Source: a virus
Taxonomy: Duplodnaviria; Heunggongvirae; Uroviricota; Caudoviricetes
IMG/VR virus record: IMGVR_UViG_2513237219_000004
Location: 1 to 38,856 of that record
Length of the DNA: 38,856 nt
Reading direction: 5' to 3' (one strand)
Shown: positions 17,458 through 28,773 of the stretch, piece by piece
How positions within the stretch are numbered: the first letter of the stretch is position 1
How the letters are laid out: the number at the start of each line of letters is the position of its first letter
Notes under the pieces: model-generated
Databases searched by the model: none
Seen by the model: only the letters and a program-made list of their open reading frames with translations
What the model was told of the DNA's origin: nothing
Position numbers and translations under genes: made by a program

Positions 17458-18077
17458 GACTCGAAAGCGTAGCTAAATTTCATTCGCCAAAAAGCCCGAT
17501 GATGAGCGACTCACCACGGGCTACGGCTTCTGACTCTCTTTCCGGTACTGATGTGATGGCTGCTATGGGGATGGCACAATCACAGGCCGGATTCGGGATG
17601 GCTGCATTTTGCGGTAAGCACGAACTCAGCCAGAACGACAAACAAAAGGCTATCAACTATCTGATGCAATTTGCACACAAGGTATCGGGGAAATACCGTG
17701 GTGTGGCAAAGCTCGAAGGAAATACTAAGGCAAAGGTACTGCAAGTGCTCGCAACATTCGCTTATGCGGATTATTGCCGTAGTGCCGCGACGCCGGGTGC
17801 AAGATGCAGAGATTGCCACGGTACAGGCCGTGCGGTTGATATAGCCAAAACAGAGCAGTGGGGGAGAGTTGTCGAGAAAGAGTGCGGAAGATGCAAAGGC
17901 GTCGGCTATTCAAGGATGCCAGCAAGCGCAGCATATCGCGCTGTGACGATGCTAATCCCAAACCTTACCCAACCCACCTGGTCACGCACTGTTAAGCCGC
18001 TGTATGACGCTCTGGTGGTGCAATGCCACAAAGAAGAGTCAATCGCAGACAACATTTTGAATGCGGTCACACGTTAG
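17454..18077 (+). CDS. Q: Late antiterminator Q (lambda type)
   Basis: 207 aa MRLESVAKFHSPKSPMMSDSPRATASD... near-identical to lambda Q. Confidence 0.9.
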   Translation: MRLESVAKFHSPKSPMMSDSPRATASDSLSGTDVMAAMGMAQSQAGFGMAAFCGKHELSQNDKQKAINYLMQFAHKVSGKYRGVAKLEGNTKAKVLQVLATFAYADYCRSAATPGARCRDCHGTGRAVDIAKTEQWGRVVEKECGRCKGVGYSRMPASAAYRAVTMLIPNLTQPTWSRTVKPLYDALVVQCHKEESIADNILNAVTR

Positions 18078-18119
18078 CAGCATGATTGCCACGGATGGCA
18101 ACATATTAACGGCATGATA

Positions 18120-18148
18120 TTGACTTTTTGAATAAAGTTGGGTAAATT
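18120..18148 (+). promoter_or_regulatory. Late promoter PR' (TTGACT-17-TAAATT) with qut region
   Basis: Lambda-like PR' -35 and -10 hexamers directly downstream of Q. Confidence 0.6.
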
Positions 18149-18291
18149 TGACTCAACGATGGGTTAATTCGCTCGTTGTGGTAGTGAGATGAAAAGAGGC
18201 GGCGCTTACTACCGATTCCGCCTAGTTGGTCACTTCGACGTATCGTCTGGAACTCCAACCATCGCAGGCAGAGAGGTCTGCAAAATTCAAT

Positions 18292-18347
18292 CCCGAAACA
18301 GTTCGCAGGTAATAGTTAGAGCCTGCATAACGGTTTCGGGATTTTTT
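18292..18347 (+). terminator. tR' terminator
   Basis: Long hairpin CCCGAAAC...GGTTTCGGG followed by ATTTTTT, as lambda tR'. Confidence 0.65.
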
Positions 18348-18887
18348 ATATCTGCACAACAGGTAAGAGCATTGAACCCGCAGACCTCGCGGAATTGGTG
18401 AAAGGTGCCGCGCAGTGCTCTTATCGTTGTGGTGAATACGCAGGCTGATGCGTTAATCAGGTGAACGAGACACCCGCCGGTCCGTGATATGGCACACCGT
18501 GCCGGTCATATCTGCCGCGGTTAGGTTTACGAGGATTTCGTAAAGCTGGTCTAGGGTGAAGCCGTGAAAGCGGAGGAAGTAAAACGAGGCGTCGGTACAC
18601 GCCTATCGTCATTAAGTCGGAGTTCAGCACCGACCGCCACAACCCAAACTGAGCCGTAGCCACTGGCTGTCCTGAATTCATCAGTGATAGTTATGCTGCG
18701 GCCTTCTACACATGACCTTCGTGAAAGCGGGTGGCAGGAGGTTGCGCTAACAACCTCATGCCGTTTTGCCCGTGCATATCGGTCACGAACAAATCTGATT
18801 ACTAAACACAGTAGCCTGGATTTGTTCTATCAGTAATCGACCTTATTCCTAATTAAATAGAGCAAATCCCCTTATTGGGGGTAAGAC

Positions 18888-19211
18888 ATGAAGATGCCAG
18901 AAAAACATGACCTGTTAGCCGCCATTCTCGCGGCAAAGGAACAAGGCATCGGAGCAATCCTTGCGTTTGCAATGGCGTACCTTCGCGGCAGATATAATGG
19001 CGGTGCGTTTACAAAAACAGTAATCGACGCAACGATGTGCGCCATTATCGCCTGGTTCATTCGTGACCTTCTCGACTTCGCCGGACTAAGTAGCAATCTC
19101 GCTTATATAACGAGCGTGTTCATCGGCTACATCGGTACTGACTCGATTGGTTCGCTTATCAAACGCTTCGCTGCTAAAAAAGCCGGAGTAGAAGATGGTG
19201 GAAATCAATAA
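18888..19211 (+). CDS. S: Holin S (class I)
   Basis: 107 aa [36 protein letters not shown]... matches lambda S. Confidence 0.9.
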   Translation: MKMPEKHDLLAAILAAKEQGIGAILAFAMAYLRGRYNGGAFTKTVIDATMCAIIAWFIRDLLDFAGLSSNLAYITSVFIGYIGTDSIGSLIKRFAAKKAGVEDGGNQ

Positions 19212-19671
19212 TCAACGTAAGGCGTTCCTTGATATGCTGGCGTGGTCAGAGGGAACTGATAACGGACGGCAGAAAACCAGAAATCATGGTTATGACGTCA
19301 TTGTTGGCGGAGAGCTATTCACTGATTACTCCGATCACCCTCGCAAACTTGTCACGCTAAACCCAAAACTCAAATCAACAGCAGCCGGACGTTACCAGCT
19401 TCTTTCCCGTTGGTGGGATGCCTACCGTAAGCAGCTTGGCCTGAAAGACTTCTCTCCCAAAAGCCAGGACGCTGTAGCTCTGCAGCAGATTAAAGAGCGT
19501 GGCGCTTTACCGATGATTGATCGCGGTGATATTCGTCAGGCTATCGACCGTTGCAGCAATATCTGGGCTTCACTGCCTGGCGCTGGTTATGGTCAGTTCG
19601 AGCATAAGGCTGACAGCCTGATTGCAAAATTCAAAGAAGCAGGCGGAACGGTCAGAGAGATTGAGGTATGA
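19195..19671 (+). CDS. R: Endolysin R (lytic transglycosylase)
   Basis: 158 aa [39 protein letters not shown]... matches lambda R. Confidence 0.9.
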   Translation: MVEINNQRKAFLDMLAWSEGTDNGRQKTRNHGYDVIVGGELFTDYSDHPRKLVTLNPKLKSTAAGRYQLLSRWWDAYRKQLGLKDFSPKSQDAVALQQIKERGALPMIDRGDIRQAIDRCSNIWASLPGAGYGQFEHKADSLIAKFKEAGGTVREIEV

Positions 19672-20126
19672 GGAGAGTAACCGCGATTATCTCCGCTCTG
19701 GTTATCTGCATCATCGTCTGCCTGTCATGGGCTGTTAATCATTACCGTGATAACGCAATCGCCTACAAAGAGCAGCGCGATAACAAGGCCAGTGAACTGG
19801 AGAAGGCGAACGCCACCATCGCTGACATGCGGAAGCGTCAACGTGATGTAGCAGAACTCGACGCAAGATACACAAAGGAGCTTGCTGATGCTAACGCGAC
19901 TATCGAAAGTCTCCGTGCTGATGTTTCTGCTGGGCGTAAGCGCCTGCAAGTCGCCGCCACCTGTGCAAAGTCAACGACCGGAGCCAGCGGCATGGGCGAT
20001 GGAGAAAGCCCAGGACTTACAGCAGATGCTGAACTCAATTATTACCGTCTCCGAAGTGGAATCGACAAGATAACCGCGCAGGTTAACTACCTGCAGGAAT
20101 ACATCAGGACGCAATGCCTGAAATAA
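19668..20126 (+). CDS. Rz: Spanin inner-membrane subunit Rz
   Basis: 152 aa; N-terminal half lambda-like, C-terminal half divergent. Confidence 0.85.
   Translation: MRRVTAIISALVICIIVCLSWAVNHYRDNAIAYKEQRDNKASELEKANATIADMRKRQRDVAELDARYTKELADANATIESLRADVSAGRKRLQVAATCAKSTTGASGMGDGESPGLTADAELNYYRLRSGIDKITAQVNYLQEYIRTQCLK
19882..20073 (+). CDS. Rz1: Spanin outer-membrane lipoprotein Rz1 (embedded in Rz)
   Basis: +1-frame ORF inside Rz; signal peptide and lipobox LGVSAC, proline-rich. Confidence 0.65.
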   Translation: MLMLTRLSKVSVLMFLLGVSACKSPPPVQSQRPEPAAWAMEKAQDLQQMLNSIITVSEVESTR

Positions 20127-20157
20127 TTTTTTTGCAAATCACAAAGTCCATTTAATG

Positions 20158-20213
20158 AGCCTCGCGATGCGGGGCTTTTTGCAATAAATGCGTACCGCAA
20201 CGCATGTTTTTTA
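20158..20213 (+). terminator. Two tandem hairpin-plus-T-tract terminators after the lysis cassette
   Basis: AGCCTCGC-GATG-CGGGGCT + TTTT (20158..20180) and AATGCGT-ACCGCA-ACGCAT + TTTTTT (20187..20212). Confidence 0.45.
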
Positions 20214-20327
20214 CACCGAACCTGCCCCTTTGGAATGGGCCTTTGAGGATACCAGTTAGTGCTGGCGAGCCTCGGTGGGCTGGTTTCCTGTGCGGCAAAG
20301 GTTCATTTCAAAGAGTAGGTACACGCT

Positions 20328-20825
20328 ATGAAATCATTAACCCTCTTCAATCAACCAATTCGTATCGGTGAAGATGGCATGATCTGCCTCACTGATATGT
20401 GGAAAGCCAGTGGTAAAAGTGAATCTGAATCGCCTTACCACTACCTGCGAAACAAGCAGACCAAAGAGTTCTTAGCCGAGCTGGAGAAAAACCACGAATC
20501 TGTGGTTTTTACTGAGCGCGGTGTACACGGTGGAACATATGGCGGGAAGTTTGTTGCTTACGATTATGCGGCTTGGTTAAACCCCGGGTTCAAGTACGCG
20601 GCCTATAAAGTCCTCGATGACTACTTCACCGGAGAACTTCAGCATCGCAACAGCTTAAGTGCGCAGCTCAACATGAAATGTCATGAGTTTGACCAGAAGA
20701 AAGACATGGCGAGCTTCTGCGGACAAGGGCTGGCAGCATGGCGCTATACGAAGCCAGTGTTGGTCGCTGAGATTAACTCCCTGGCTAACCAGCTGCAGAT
20801 TACGATCCCCGGGCTTCCGGGATGA
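20328..20825 (+). CDS. KilA-N domain protein
   Basis: 165 aa; N-terminal LTLFNQPIRIGEDGMICLTDMWKASG recalled as KilA-N/Bro-N-like. Confidence 0.65.
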   Translation: MKSLTLFNQPIRIGEDGMICLTDMWKASGKSESESPYHYLRNKQTKEFLAELEKNHESVVFTERGVHGGTYGGKFVAYDYAAWLNPGFKYAAYKVLDDYFTGELQHRNSLSAQLNMKCHEFDQKKDMASFCGQGLAAWRYTKPVLVAEINSLANQLQITIPGLPG

Positions 20826-21097
20826 GTGATCGGGTTATTGAATGCGCCTCCAGAGCGGGGCGCGACTTCTCAGAGTTCATGAAAGGCGAGAAGGGCATGA
20901 TGGAAGCATTGGCCTCGGTGGATGAGTTTGGCGAGCAGCTGCGCCTCAACGGCTGTGTCAATCATCACTTTGTTAGCTACATGATGCGGAACTCGATCAT
21001 GCAGGCATTCATGGACATGGCAAAAGCCGAGAGGAAAGAAGAGCGCCGGCGTAAGCGAGCGGAAGCAAAAGCAAAAGCAAAAGCAAAAGTGAAGTAG
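20822..21097 (+). CDS. Hypothetical protein with C-terminal KAKAKAK tail
   Basis: 91-aa ORF, ATGA overlap with upstream gene; GCAAAA x4 DNA repeat at 21066..21089. Confidence 0.5.
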   Translation: MSDRVIECASRAGRDFSEFMKGEKGMMEALASVDEFGEQLRLNGCVNHHFVSYMMRNSIMQAFMDMAKAERKEERRRKRAEAKAKAKAKVK

Positions 21098-21322
21098 CCA
21101 TTACAAAGCCCATCTACGGGTGGGCTTGATAATGAAACCGGAATTTATTCTGGGCAACCAGTTACGGCAGTACCGCGAAACAACCCAAGCCAGTAAGTGG
21201 GGAAATAACACTGGCAGCCACTGAAAGATGAACCTCCTGCCTTATGGCAAAAAAGATTCTTTGTGGTGGCGGACTGATGGAAAGACATCCTAATCAAGCA
21301 ACCACTCCACAGGGTCATAATT

Positions 21323-21703
21323 ATGAACGACCAGCAAATCGAAAAAGAAATCGTTGAGAAAGGCAAAACCGCTCCGCGAGTTACCCCGCAGCACATCGAA
21401 GACGTGATTAAAAGCGAGCATTACTTTACTGCTTATGATGGACGAAATGGTGCCATTTCCAGCAACGAATATTGTGGCAGGGAAAAACCAGAAGAAGGCG
21501 ATCGTGATTTATCACCATTGAAGTTACTCACTTTCTGCGTACTGGTGCTGAAGAATGGCTTCACCGTCACCGGAGAGAGTGCCTGTGCAAGCCCTGAAAA
21601 CTTTGATGCAGAAATTGGTCGGAAGATTTCCCGGCAGAATGCTGTAAACAAAATCTGGATGCTCGAAGGTTACTTGCTGAAGCAGAAGCTAAGCGAACAG
21701 TAG
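21323..21703 (+). CDS. N4 Gp49 / Sf6 gp66-family protein
   Basis: 126 aa; MNDQQIEKEIVEKGKTAPRVTPQHIEDVI...FTVTGESACASPENFDAEIG recalled as Gp49/Gp66 family. Confidence 0.65.
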   Translation: MNDQQIEKEIVEKGKTAPRVTPQHIEDVIKSEHYFTAYDGRNGAISSNEYCGREKPEEGDRDLSPLKLLTFCVLVLKNGFTVTGESACASPENFDAEIGRKISRQNAVNKIWMLEGYLLKQKLSEQ

Positions 21704-21806
21704 TTATTACAAAAGCCATTCCCTACAGAGTGGCTTTGATAATGGCTTATACCCTACACGGGATAACTTAACTGATATCCCTTTTAACGGATAAACGGAG
21801 CCAACA

Positions 21807-22049
21807 ATGGCAGAGATTATTCCCATGACTGAAGAACAGAAATTCCAGTTAGAGATTTACAAACTGGTCATGAACCAGAACGCAGCCGCAGAAGAAGCAT
21901 TTCAATTCATTGGCACTGACGAGCTGAAGCTTGAGCTATTCAAAATTCACTTCCAGTCAGGCGGCGCTAATTCAGATATCACGACCCGCACTATCGAAGC
22001 GGTACGTAAATCGAAGGAAGCGTTAGACCTGTTCACTACCGGAGCGTAA
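21807..22049 (+). CDS. Hypothetical protein upstream of small terminase
   Basis: 80-aa ORF in the position of a small pre-terminase ORF of P22-like phages. Confidence 0.55.
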   Translation: MAEIIPMTEEQKFQLEIYKLVMNQNAAAEEAFQFIGTDELKLELFKIHFQSGGANSDITTRTIEAVRKSKEALDLFTTGA

Positions 22050-22128
22050 ACATGGCAACTCAAGGTTTCGACAACCCATCCAAATTCCGCGATGAATGGG
22101 ATAAGCAAGCAGAAGGGAAATAATCAAT

Positions 22129-22617
22129 ATGGCAGCACCAAAGGGCAACCGATTTTGGGAGGCCCGCAGTAGTCATGGGCGAAATCCTAAATTCGAATCG
22201 CCTGAGGCGCTGTGGGCTGCTTGTTGTGAATACTTCGAGTGGGTAGAAGCTAACCCGCTATGGGAGATGAAGGCGTTCTCGTATCAAGGTGAAGTGATAC
22301 AAGAGCCTATCGCCAAGATGCGAGCGATGACCATTACCGGCCTCACTCTGTTTATTGATGTGACGCTTGAAACATGGCGCACATATCGCCTGCGAGAAGA
22401 TTTATCTGAAGTCGTTACGCGAGCAGAACAGGTCATCTACGACCAGAAATTCTCTGGCGCAGCCGCTGACCTTCTCAACGCTAACATCATCGCCCGTGAT
22501 TTGGGCCTCAAAGAGCAGTCGCAAGTTGAAGACGTGACACCTGATAAGGGAGATCGCGATAAGCGACGCTCTCGTATCAAGGAGCTATTCAACCGTGGAA
22601 CTGGACGCGATTCTTGA
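22129..22617 (+). CDS. Terminase small subunit (P22 gp3 type)
   Basis: 162 aa [46 protein letters not shown]... matches P22 gp3. Confidence 0.9.
   Translation: MAAPKGNRFWEARSSHGRNPKFESPEALWAACCEYFEWVEANPLWEMKAFSYQGEVIQEPIAKMRAMTITGLTLFIDVTLETWRTYRLREDLSEVVTRAEQVIYDQKFSGAAADLLNANIIARDLGLKEQSQVEDVTPDKGDRDKRRSRIKELFNRGTGRDS
22396..22423 (+). promoter_or_regulatory. pac: pac site (headful packaging initiation) inside the small terminase gene
   Basis: GAAGATTTATCTGAAGTCGTTACGCGAG, nearly identical to the P22 pac sequence as recalled. Confidence 0.7.
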
Positions 22618-24094
22618 TAACTTGAGCGACGAAGAGCAAATAGAATTGCTCGAGCTACTCGAAGAAGAAGAGAACTACCGGAACACACACCTGCTATATG
22701 AATTTACGCCATACAGCAAACAGCGTGAGTTCATCGACGCCGGGCGTGACTATCCAGAGCGCTGTTTTATGGCTGGTAACCAGCTTGGTAAGTCATTTAC
22801 TGGTGCTGCTGAAGTCGCGTTTCACCTTACAGGGCGTTATCCTGGCACAAAAGGCTATCCTGCTGATGGTAAATATGGCGGTGAGTGGAAGGGGAAGCGT
22901 TTCTATGAGCCTGTTGTATTCTGGATTGGCGGCGAGACAAACGAGACGGTAACCAAAACGACTCAACGCATCCTGTGCGGTCGTATTGAAGAGAATGATG
23001 AACCGGGCTACGGTTCAATACCGAAAGAGGACATCATTAGCTGGAAGAAGTCTCCTTTCTTTCCGAACCTTGTTGATCATCTTCTGGTTAAGCATCACAC
23101 GGCTGATGGCGTTGAAGATGGCATTTCAATCTGCTACTTCAAACCATACTCGCAAGGCCGTGCTCGCTGGCAGGGTGACACAATCCACGGCGTGTGGTTT
23201 GACGAAGAACCACCATACAGCATTTATGGTGAAGGTCTTACCCGTACCAACAAATACGGTCAATTCTCAATTCTGACGTTTACCCCGCTGATGGGGATGT
23301 CTGACGTTGTTACCAAGTTCCTGAAGAACCCCAGCAAGTCGCAGAAAGTGGTCAACATGACCATCTATGACGCTGAGCACTACACCGACGAGCAGAAAGA
23401 GCAAATCATCGCATCCTATCCTGAGCATGAGAGAGAGGCGCGTGCTCGCGGTATTCCTACGATGGGTAGTGGTCGAATCTTCCAGATACCGGAAGAGACG
23501 ATTAAGTGTCAGCCGTTCGAGTGTCCTGATCACTTCTACGTAATTGGCGGGATGGATTTCGGATGGGATCACCCGCAGGCGCAGGTTCAGCTTTGGTGGG
23601 ATAAGGACGCAGACACAATCTACGTTTCACGCGTGTGGAAGGCGAAAGAAAAAACAGCCGTTCAGGCGTGGGGGGCCGTTAAATCATGGGCGCATAAAGT
23701 GCCAACCGCATGGCCTCATGACGGAAACCAGCATGAGAAGGGCGGCGGTGAGCAGCTCAAAGGGCAGTATGCAGACGCTGGTTTTATGATGTTGCAGGAG
23801 CATGCGACATGGCCTGATGGCGGTAATGCTGTGGAGCCTGGCATCACTGAATTGCGCGACATGATGCTCGATGGTCGCTTCAAAGTATTCAACACCTGTG
23901 AGCCATTCTTTGAGGAGTTCCGCCTCTATCACCGTGATGAAAACGGGAAGATCGTCAAGCTTAACGACGACGTTCTCTCAGCCGTTCGCTATGCATACAT
24001 GATGCGCCGCTTCGCCAAAATGATGCGCGACATCAAAAAACCAAAAGAGAAAAAGATACCAGCCCCAATCAGGCCCATCGCACGGAGAACTTAA
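22595..24094 (+). CDS. Terminase large subunit (P22 gp2 type)
   Basis: 499 aa, [32 protein letters not shown]... matches P22 gp2. Confidence 0.95.
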   Translation: MELDAILDNLSDEEQIELLELLEEEENYRNTHLLYEFTPYSKQREFIDAGRDYPERCFMAGNQLGKSFTGAAEVAFHLTGRYPGTKGYPADGKYGGEWKGKRFYEPVVFWIGGETNETVTKTTQRILCGRIEENDEPGYGSIPKEDIISWKKSPFFPNLVDHLLVKHHTADGVEDGISICYFKPYSQGRARWQGDTIHGVWFDEEPPYSIYGEGLTRTNKYGQFSILTFTPLMGMSDVVTKFLKNPSKSQKVVNMTIYDAEHYTDEQKEQIIASYPEHEREARARGIPTMGSGRIFQIPEETIKCQPFECPDHFYVIGGMDFGWDHPQAQVQLWWDKDADTIYVSRVWKAKEKTAVQAWGAVKSWAHKVPTAWPHDGNQHEKGGGEQLKGQYADAGFMMLQEHATWPDGGNAVEPGITELRDMMLDGRFKVFNTCEPFFEEFRLYHRDENGKIVKLNDDVLSAVRYAYMMRRFAKMMRDIKKPKEKKIPAPIRPIARRT

Positions 24095-26260
24095 ATGGCC
24101 GACGAAAACAGACTCAATTCCATTCTGTGTAAGTTTGACGCGGACTGGATGGCGAGCGATGAAGCCAGAACCGAGGCGACAAATGACCTGTATTTTAGCC
24201 GAGTGTCGCAATGGGATGACTGGCTATCAAACTACACTACCCTGCAATATCGCGGACAATTCGATGTTGTTCGCCCGGTGGTCAGGAAACTGGTCGCAGA
24301 GATGCGCCGGAACCCTATCGACGTTCTCTTCCGACCCAAAGACGGCGCTAATCCTGATGCTGCCGATGTGCTGATGGGGATGTATCGTACTGATATGCGC
24401 CATAACACGGCAAAAATTGCCGTTAACGTTGGCGTTCGTGAGCAGATAGAGTCCGGCGTTGGTGCATGGCGTCTGGTCACCCAGTACGAAGACAACGACC
24501 CAACAAGCAACAATCAGGTAATCCGACGCCTGCCAATCCATGAAGCCTGCTCACACGTCATATGGGACGCCAACAGCAAGCAGATGGATAAGAGCGACGC
24601 TAAGCACTGCACGGTGATTAACGCTTTGTCACGCAATGGCTGGAAAGAGTTCGCAGAGGATTACGGTATTGATCCTGACACCTTGCCATCTTTCCAGAAT
24701 CCGAACGATACATGGCTGTTTCCGTGGGTATCGAATGATGTCGTCTACGTCGCTGAGTATTACGAGGTCGAAGAGAAGAAAGAGAAAGTCTTCATCTACC
24801 GCGACCCGCTGACAGGTGAGCCGGTCAGCTATTACCAGCAGGATATCAAAGACGTCATCGACGACCTGGCTAATCGTGGATTCATTAAGGTAGCAGAGCG
24901 TAAGGTGAAGCGTCGGCGTGTGTATAAGTCGATCATCACCTGCACGCAGATACTGAAAGACCGCGAGAAGATAGCCGGAGAGCATATTCCAATCGTTCCA
25001 GTGTATGGCGAATGGTCATTCGCTGGTGACAAGGAGTGCTACGAAGGAGTGGTAAGGCTGACGAAAGACGGTCAACGCCTTCGTAACATGATCATGTCGT
25101 TCAACGCCGATATTGTTGCTCGTTCACCGAAGAAGAAACCGACCTTCTTCCCTGAGCAAATCGAAGGCTACGAATACATGTACGGTGGAAATGATGACTA
25201 TCCGTACTATCTGCAGAACAGGACCGATGAAAACGGTAACGACCTGCCGATTGGTCCAATCTCCTACATGGAAAACCCTGAAGTTCCGCAAGCCAACGCT
25301 TACATGCTTGAGGCTGCCACCAACGCAGTGAAAGAGGTGGCTAGTCTTGGTGTGGATGCGCAGGCAGCAAACTCTCAGGTCGCTTTCGATACCGTCAATC
25401 AACTGAACATGCGGGCAGACCTTGAGACATACGTGTTTCAGGATAACCTGGCTACCGCAATGCGACGTGATGGCGAGATTTATGCCTCAATGGTCAACGA
25501 TATTTATGACGTTCCTCGTCATGTAACGCTGACACTCGAAGATGGAAGCGAGAAAGACGTTCAACTCTATGCGCAAGTTGTCGATTACCAGTCCGGCAAT
25601 GTGGTCACACTCAACGACATTCGCGGTCGCTATGAGTGCTATACAGACGTTGGGCCATCCTTCCAGAGCATGAAGGAACAGAATCGCGCAGAGATTCAGG
25701 AGTTGCTAACCAAGGTTCCGCAAGGTACTCCAGAGTTCCAGATGCTGATGCTGCAATACTTCACGTTGCTTGACGGTAAAGGCGTCGAGATGATGCGAGA
25801 GTACGCGAACAAGCAACTGGTGATGATGGGGCTGAAGAAACCAGAAACACCTGAAGAGATGGAGATGGTGCAGCAGGCACAACAACAGCCGCAGCAGCCA
25901 TCAGCAGAGCAAATTCAGGCGCAGGGTATCCTTCTGCAAGGTCAGGCTGAATTGCTCAAGGCAGAGAACCAACAGGCGCAGATTCAGGTTGAAGCTGCCA
26001 AGGTTGAAGCTCAAAACCAACTCAACGCCGCGAAGATTGCAGAAATCTTCAACAATATGGACCTCGACAAGCAGGCAGAACTGCGTGAGTACCTCAAGCT
26101 CGTAGGTCAATTCCAGCAACAGCGCAGCAAAGATGCTCGTGCTAACGCTGAGCTGCTTCTTAAAGATGCAGACCAGACTCATTCACAACGCATGGATTTC
26201 GCGAATCTTATGCGTCAAGTTCAAATCCCCTCCGGCGGAGTAGCCGAGACACCTCAATAA
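24095..26260 (+). CDS. Portal protein (P22 gp1 type)
   Basis: 721 aa, strong match to P22 portal including Gln-rich C-terminal barrel region. Confidence 0.95.
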   Translation: MADENRLNSILCKFDADWMASDEARTEATNDLYFSRVSQWDDWLSNYTTLQYRGQFDVVRPVVRKLVAEMRRNPIDVLFRPKDGANPDAADVLMGMYRTDMRHNTAKIAVNVGVREQIESGVGAWRLVTQYEDNDPTSNNQVIRRLPIHEACSHVIWDANSKQMDKSDAKHCTVINALSRNGWKEFAEDYGIDPDTLPSFQNPNDTWLFPWVSNDVVYVAEYYEVEEKKEKVFIYRDPLTGEPVSYYQQDIKDVIDDLANRGFIKVAERKVKRRRVYKSIITCTQILKDREKIAGEHIPIVPVYGEWSFAGDKECYEGVVRLTKDGQRLRNMIMSFNADIVARSPKKKPTFFPEQIEGYEYMYGGNDDYPYYLQNRTDENGNDLPIGPISYMENPEVPQANAYMLEAATNAVKEVASLGVDAQAANSQVAFDTVNQLNMRADLETYVFQDNLATAMRRDGEIYASMVNDIYDVPRHVTLTLEDGSEKDVQLYAQVVDYQSGNVVTLNDIRGRYECYTDVGPSFQSMKEQNRAEIQELLTKVPQGTPEFQMLMLQYFTLLDGKGVEMMREYANKQLVMMGLKKPETPEEMEMVQQAQQQPQQPSAEQIQAQGILLQGQAELLKAENQQAQIQVEAAKVEAQNQLNAAKIAEIFNNMDLDKQAELREYLKLVGQFQQQRSKDARANAELLLKDADQTHSQRMDFANLMRQVQIPSGGVAETPQ

Positions 26261-26273
26261 GAGAGAGTTAATC

Positions 26274-27185
26274 ATGGACCAAACCACCGACATTCAGGCT
26301 TCTGAAGAATTAACCATGCCCGGCAATCATGCAGCGGCATCTGCTGATGGCTTAGTTGTCGATAATGCCAACGACAACGCAGGTCAGGAAGAAGGCTTCG
26401 AGATTGTCCTGAAAGACGATGAGAAACCAAAACAAGACCCGGCAACTAATGCTGAATTTGCCCGTCGCCGCATCGAACGCAAACGCCAGCGTGAGCTTGA
26501 GCAGCAGATGGAAGCGGTTAAGCGTGGAGAGTTGCCGGAGCACCTGCGGGTGAACCCTGAGTTACCAAAACAACCAGACCCTAACGATTATCTTTCCGAA
26601 GATGCACTGGCTAAGTACGACTATGACCAGAGCCGCGCACTGGCTGCCTTCCAGCAGGCAAACAGTGAATGGCAGATCAAGGCTATGGACGCACGAAGCC
26701 AGGCTGTCGCCGAGCAGGGTCGCAAAACTCAGGAGTTCACCCAGCAATCAGCGCAATACGTCGAGGCAGCCCGTAAGCACTACGACGCAGCGGAAAAGCT
26801 CAATATCCCTGACTATCAGGAGAAAGAGGATGCATTCATGCAACTGGTGCCGCCAGCAGTCGGCGCCGACATCATGCGCCTCTTCCCGGAGAAATCCGCT
26901 GCACTCATGTATCACCTTGGTGCTAATCCTGAGAAAACACGCCAGTTGCTGGCGATGGACGGGCAATCCGCGCTGATTGAACTCACTCGACTGTCAGAAC
27001 GTTTAACTCTCAAGCCTCGAGCCAAGCCTGTTTCAGAAGCCCCGTTACCTGATGAACCCATTCAGGGGCACGCTGTTGCTGCAAATATCTCTGCGATTGA
27101 AAAGCAGATGGAAGCGGCAGCAAACAAAGGGGATGTAGAGACGTACCGCAAGCTCAAGGCGCAACTGAATAAAGGAATTCGATAA
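26274..27185 (+). CDS. Scaffolding protein (P22 gp8 type)
   Basis: 303 aa, acidic, position between portal and coat. Confidence 0.85.
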   Translation: MDQTTDIQASEELTMPGNHAAASADGLVVDNANDNAGQEEGFEIVLKDDEKPKQDPATNAEFARRRIERKRQRELEQQMEAVKRGELPEHLRVNPELPKQPDPNDYLSEDALAKYDYDQSRALAAFQQANSEWQIKAMDARSQAVAEQGRKTQEFTQQSAQYVEAARKHYDAAEKLNIPDYQEKEDAFMQLVPPAVGADIMRLFPEKSAALMYHLGANPEKTRQLLAMDGQSALIELTRLSERLTLKPRAKPVSEAPLPDEPIQGHAVAANISAIEKQMEAAANKGDVETYRKLKAQLNKGIR

Positions 27186-28480
27186 TGGCATTAAATGAAG
27201 GTCAACTGGTCACGTATGCTCTGGATGAAATCATCGAAACCGTCCAGAACCTGACGCCAATGGCGTCCAAAGTGACAAAATACACCCCTCCGGCAGAATC
27301 CATGCAACGTTCAAGCAACACCGTGTGGATGCCTGTTGAGCAGGAAGCGCCAACTCAGACTGGCTGGGATTTAACTGGCAACGCAACCGGGATTCTGGAG
27401 CTGTCCGTGAAATGCAACATGGGCGATCCGGATAACGATTTCTTCGAGCTTCGTGCAGATGACCTGCGTGATGAGCGTTCTTACCGTCGCCGCATCCAGG
27501 CATCCGCCAAAAAACTGGCGAATAACATTGAGTCAGCGATTGCCAAACAGGCAACTGAAATGGGCTCGCTTGTTGTTCACGATACCCGCGCAATTGGTCC
27601 ATCTACTGGCCTGTCTGGCTGGGATTTTGTGTCTGATGCAGAGCGACTGATGTTCTCCCGCGAACTCAACCGCGACATGGGTATCAGTTACTTCCTGAAC
27701 CCTGACGATTACCGCAAAGCAGGCCGCAATCTTGTAGATGGTGACATCTTCGGGCGCGTTCCTGAAGAAGCGTATCGCAACGGTACTATTCAGCGTCAGA
27801 TTGCTGGCTTTGATGAAATTCTTCGCTCACCGAAACTTCCGGCAGTTACCAAGTCAACCGCTACTGGTGTAACTGTTTCTGGTGCGCAGAAGTTTAAGCC
27901 GCAGGCATACACTCTTGATACCGATGGTAACAAAGAGAACGTCGACAACCGTGTTGCAACGGTGACCGTATCCTCCACCACCGGATTTAAGCGCGGCGAC
28001 AAAATCAGCTTCACTGGTGTGAAATTCCTGTCTCAGATGGCGAAGAACGTGCTGACTGATGATGCTACTTTCTCAATCACCCGTGTGATCGATGGTACTC
28101 ACATCGAAATCACGCCGAAGCCGATTGCGCTTGATGACGCGTCACTGACAAAAGAAGAGAAGGCTTACGCTAACGTAAACACCTCTCTTGCTGATACCAC
28201 TCCGGTAAACGTTCTGAACGTGGCAACAACCACCGCTAACGTGTTCTGGGCTGATGACTCAATCCGTCTGCTGTCTCAGCCGATCCCGGTAACCCATGAA
28301 CTGTTTGCTGGCATGAAAACGTCTTCCTTCAGCATTCCTGGTATTGGTGTTAACGGCATCTTCGCAACGCAGGGTGATATCAACACTCTGTCTGGTAAGT
28401 GCCGTATTGCTGTGTGGTATTCAGCATGTGCTGTACGACCAGAGGCAATTGGTGTTGGTCTGCCTAACCAGACCGCGTGA
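27185..28480 (+). CDS. Major coat protein (P22 gp5 type)
   Basis: 431 aa, [27 protein letters not shown]... matches P22 coat protein. Confidence 0.95.
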   Translation: MALNEGQLVTYALDEIIETVQNLTPMASKVTKYTPPAESMQRSSNTVWMPVEQEAPTQTGWDLTGNATGILELSVKCNMGDPDNDFFELRADDLRDERSYRRRIQASAKKLANNIESAIAKQATEMGSLVVHDTRAIGPSTGLSGWDFVSDAERLMFSRELNRDMGISYFLNPDDYRKAGRNLVDGDIFGRVPEEAYRNGTIQRQIAGFDEILRSPKLPAVTKSTATGVTVSGAQKFKPQAYTLDTDGNKENVDNRVATVTVSSTTGFKRGDKISFTGVKFLSQMAKNVLTDDATFSITRVIDGTHIEITPKPIALDDASLTKEEKAYANVNTSLADTTPVNVLNVATTTANVFWADDSIRLLSQPIPVTHELFAGMKTSSFSIPGIGVNGIFATQGDINTLSGKCRIAVWYSACAVRPEAIGVGLPNQTA

Positions 28481-28487
28481 TAACCAG

Positions 28488-28511
28488 AGGGAGCTTCGGC
28501 TCCCTTTTTTA
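28488..28511 (+). terminator. Intrinsic terminator after coat gene
   Basis: AGGGAGC-TTCG-GCTCCCT hairpin followed by TTTTTT, 8 nt after coat stop. Confidence 0.7.
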
Positions 28512-28524
28512 TCTGGAGACAAGC

Positions 28525-28773
28525 ATGACACACATGATCTTTCGTCATGGCGACATGAAGAAATGGAAAGGCGTTGGATACGACTTTGAAATCGTGAAAG
28601 CCGAAGAGCTTCAGGAATATCTGGATGCTGGCTGGTTTGCACATCCTGATGATCTTCTGAAGGATGTTGCAGAGCCAGAGCCAGAGCCAGAGCCAGAGAC
28701 AGAAGAAAAACAGCGTAAAAAGCCTGGTAGAAAACCTAAGGCGGCAGCAGATGAACCTGACAACGAAGGGTGA
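28525..28773 (+). CDS. Small protein with (PE)4 repeat and basic KKPGRKPK tail
   Basis: Internal ATG of track ORF 28477..28773 (GGAGA RBS); 82 aa; GAGCCA x4 repeat at 28674..28697; overlaps gp4 start. Confidence 0.5.
   Translation: MTHMIFRHGDMKKWKGVGYDFEIVKAEELQEYLDAGWFAHPDDLLKDVAEPEPEPEPETEEKQRKKPGRKPKAAADEPDNEG

Noticed and set aside
18380-18700. Possible tRNA gene, and a 74-aa minus-strand ORF (18457..18681), between tR' and S
   Set aside because: A GGAATTGGT stretch resembles a tRNA D-loop but no T-arm (GGTTCGA-type) or cloverleaf could be found; the ORF has no RBS and lies in a leader region that is non-coding in lambda.
21145-21396. 83-aa Cys-rich ORF on the minus strand
   Set aside because: Implausible composition, no RBS, antisense to the leader and start of the Gp49-like gene.
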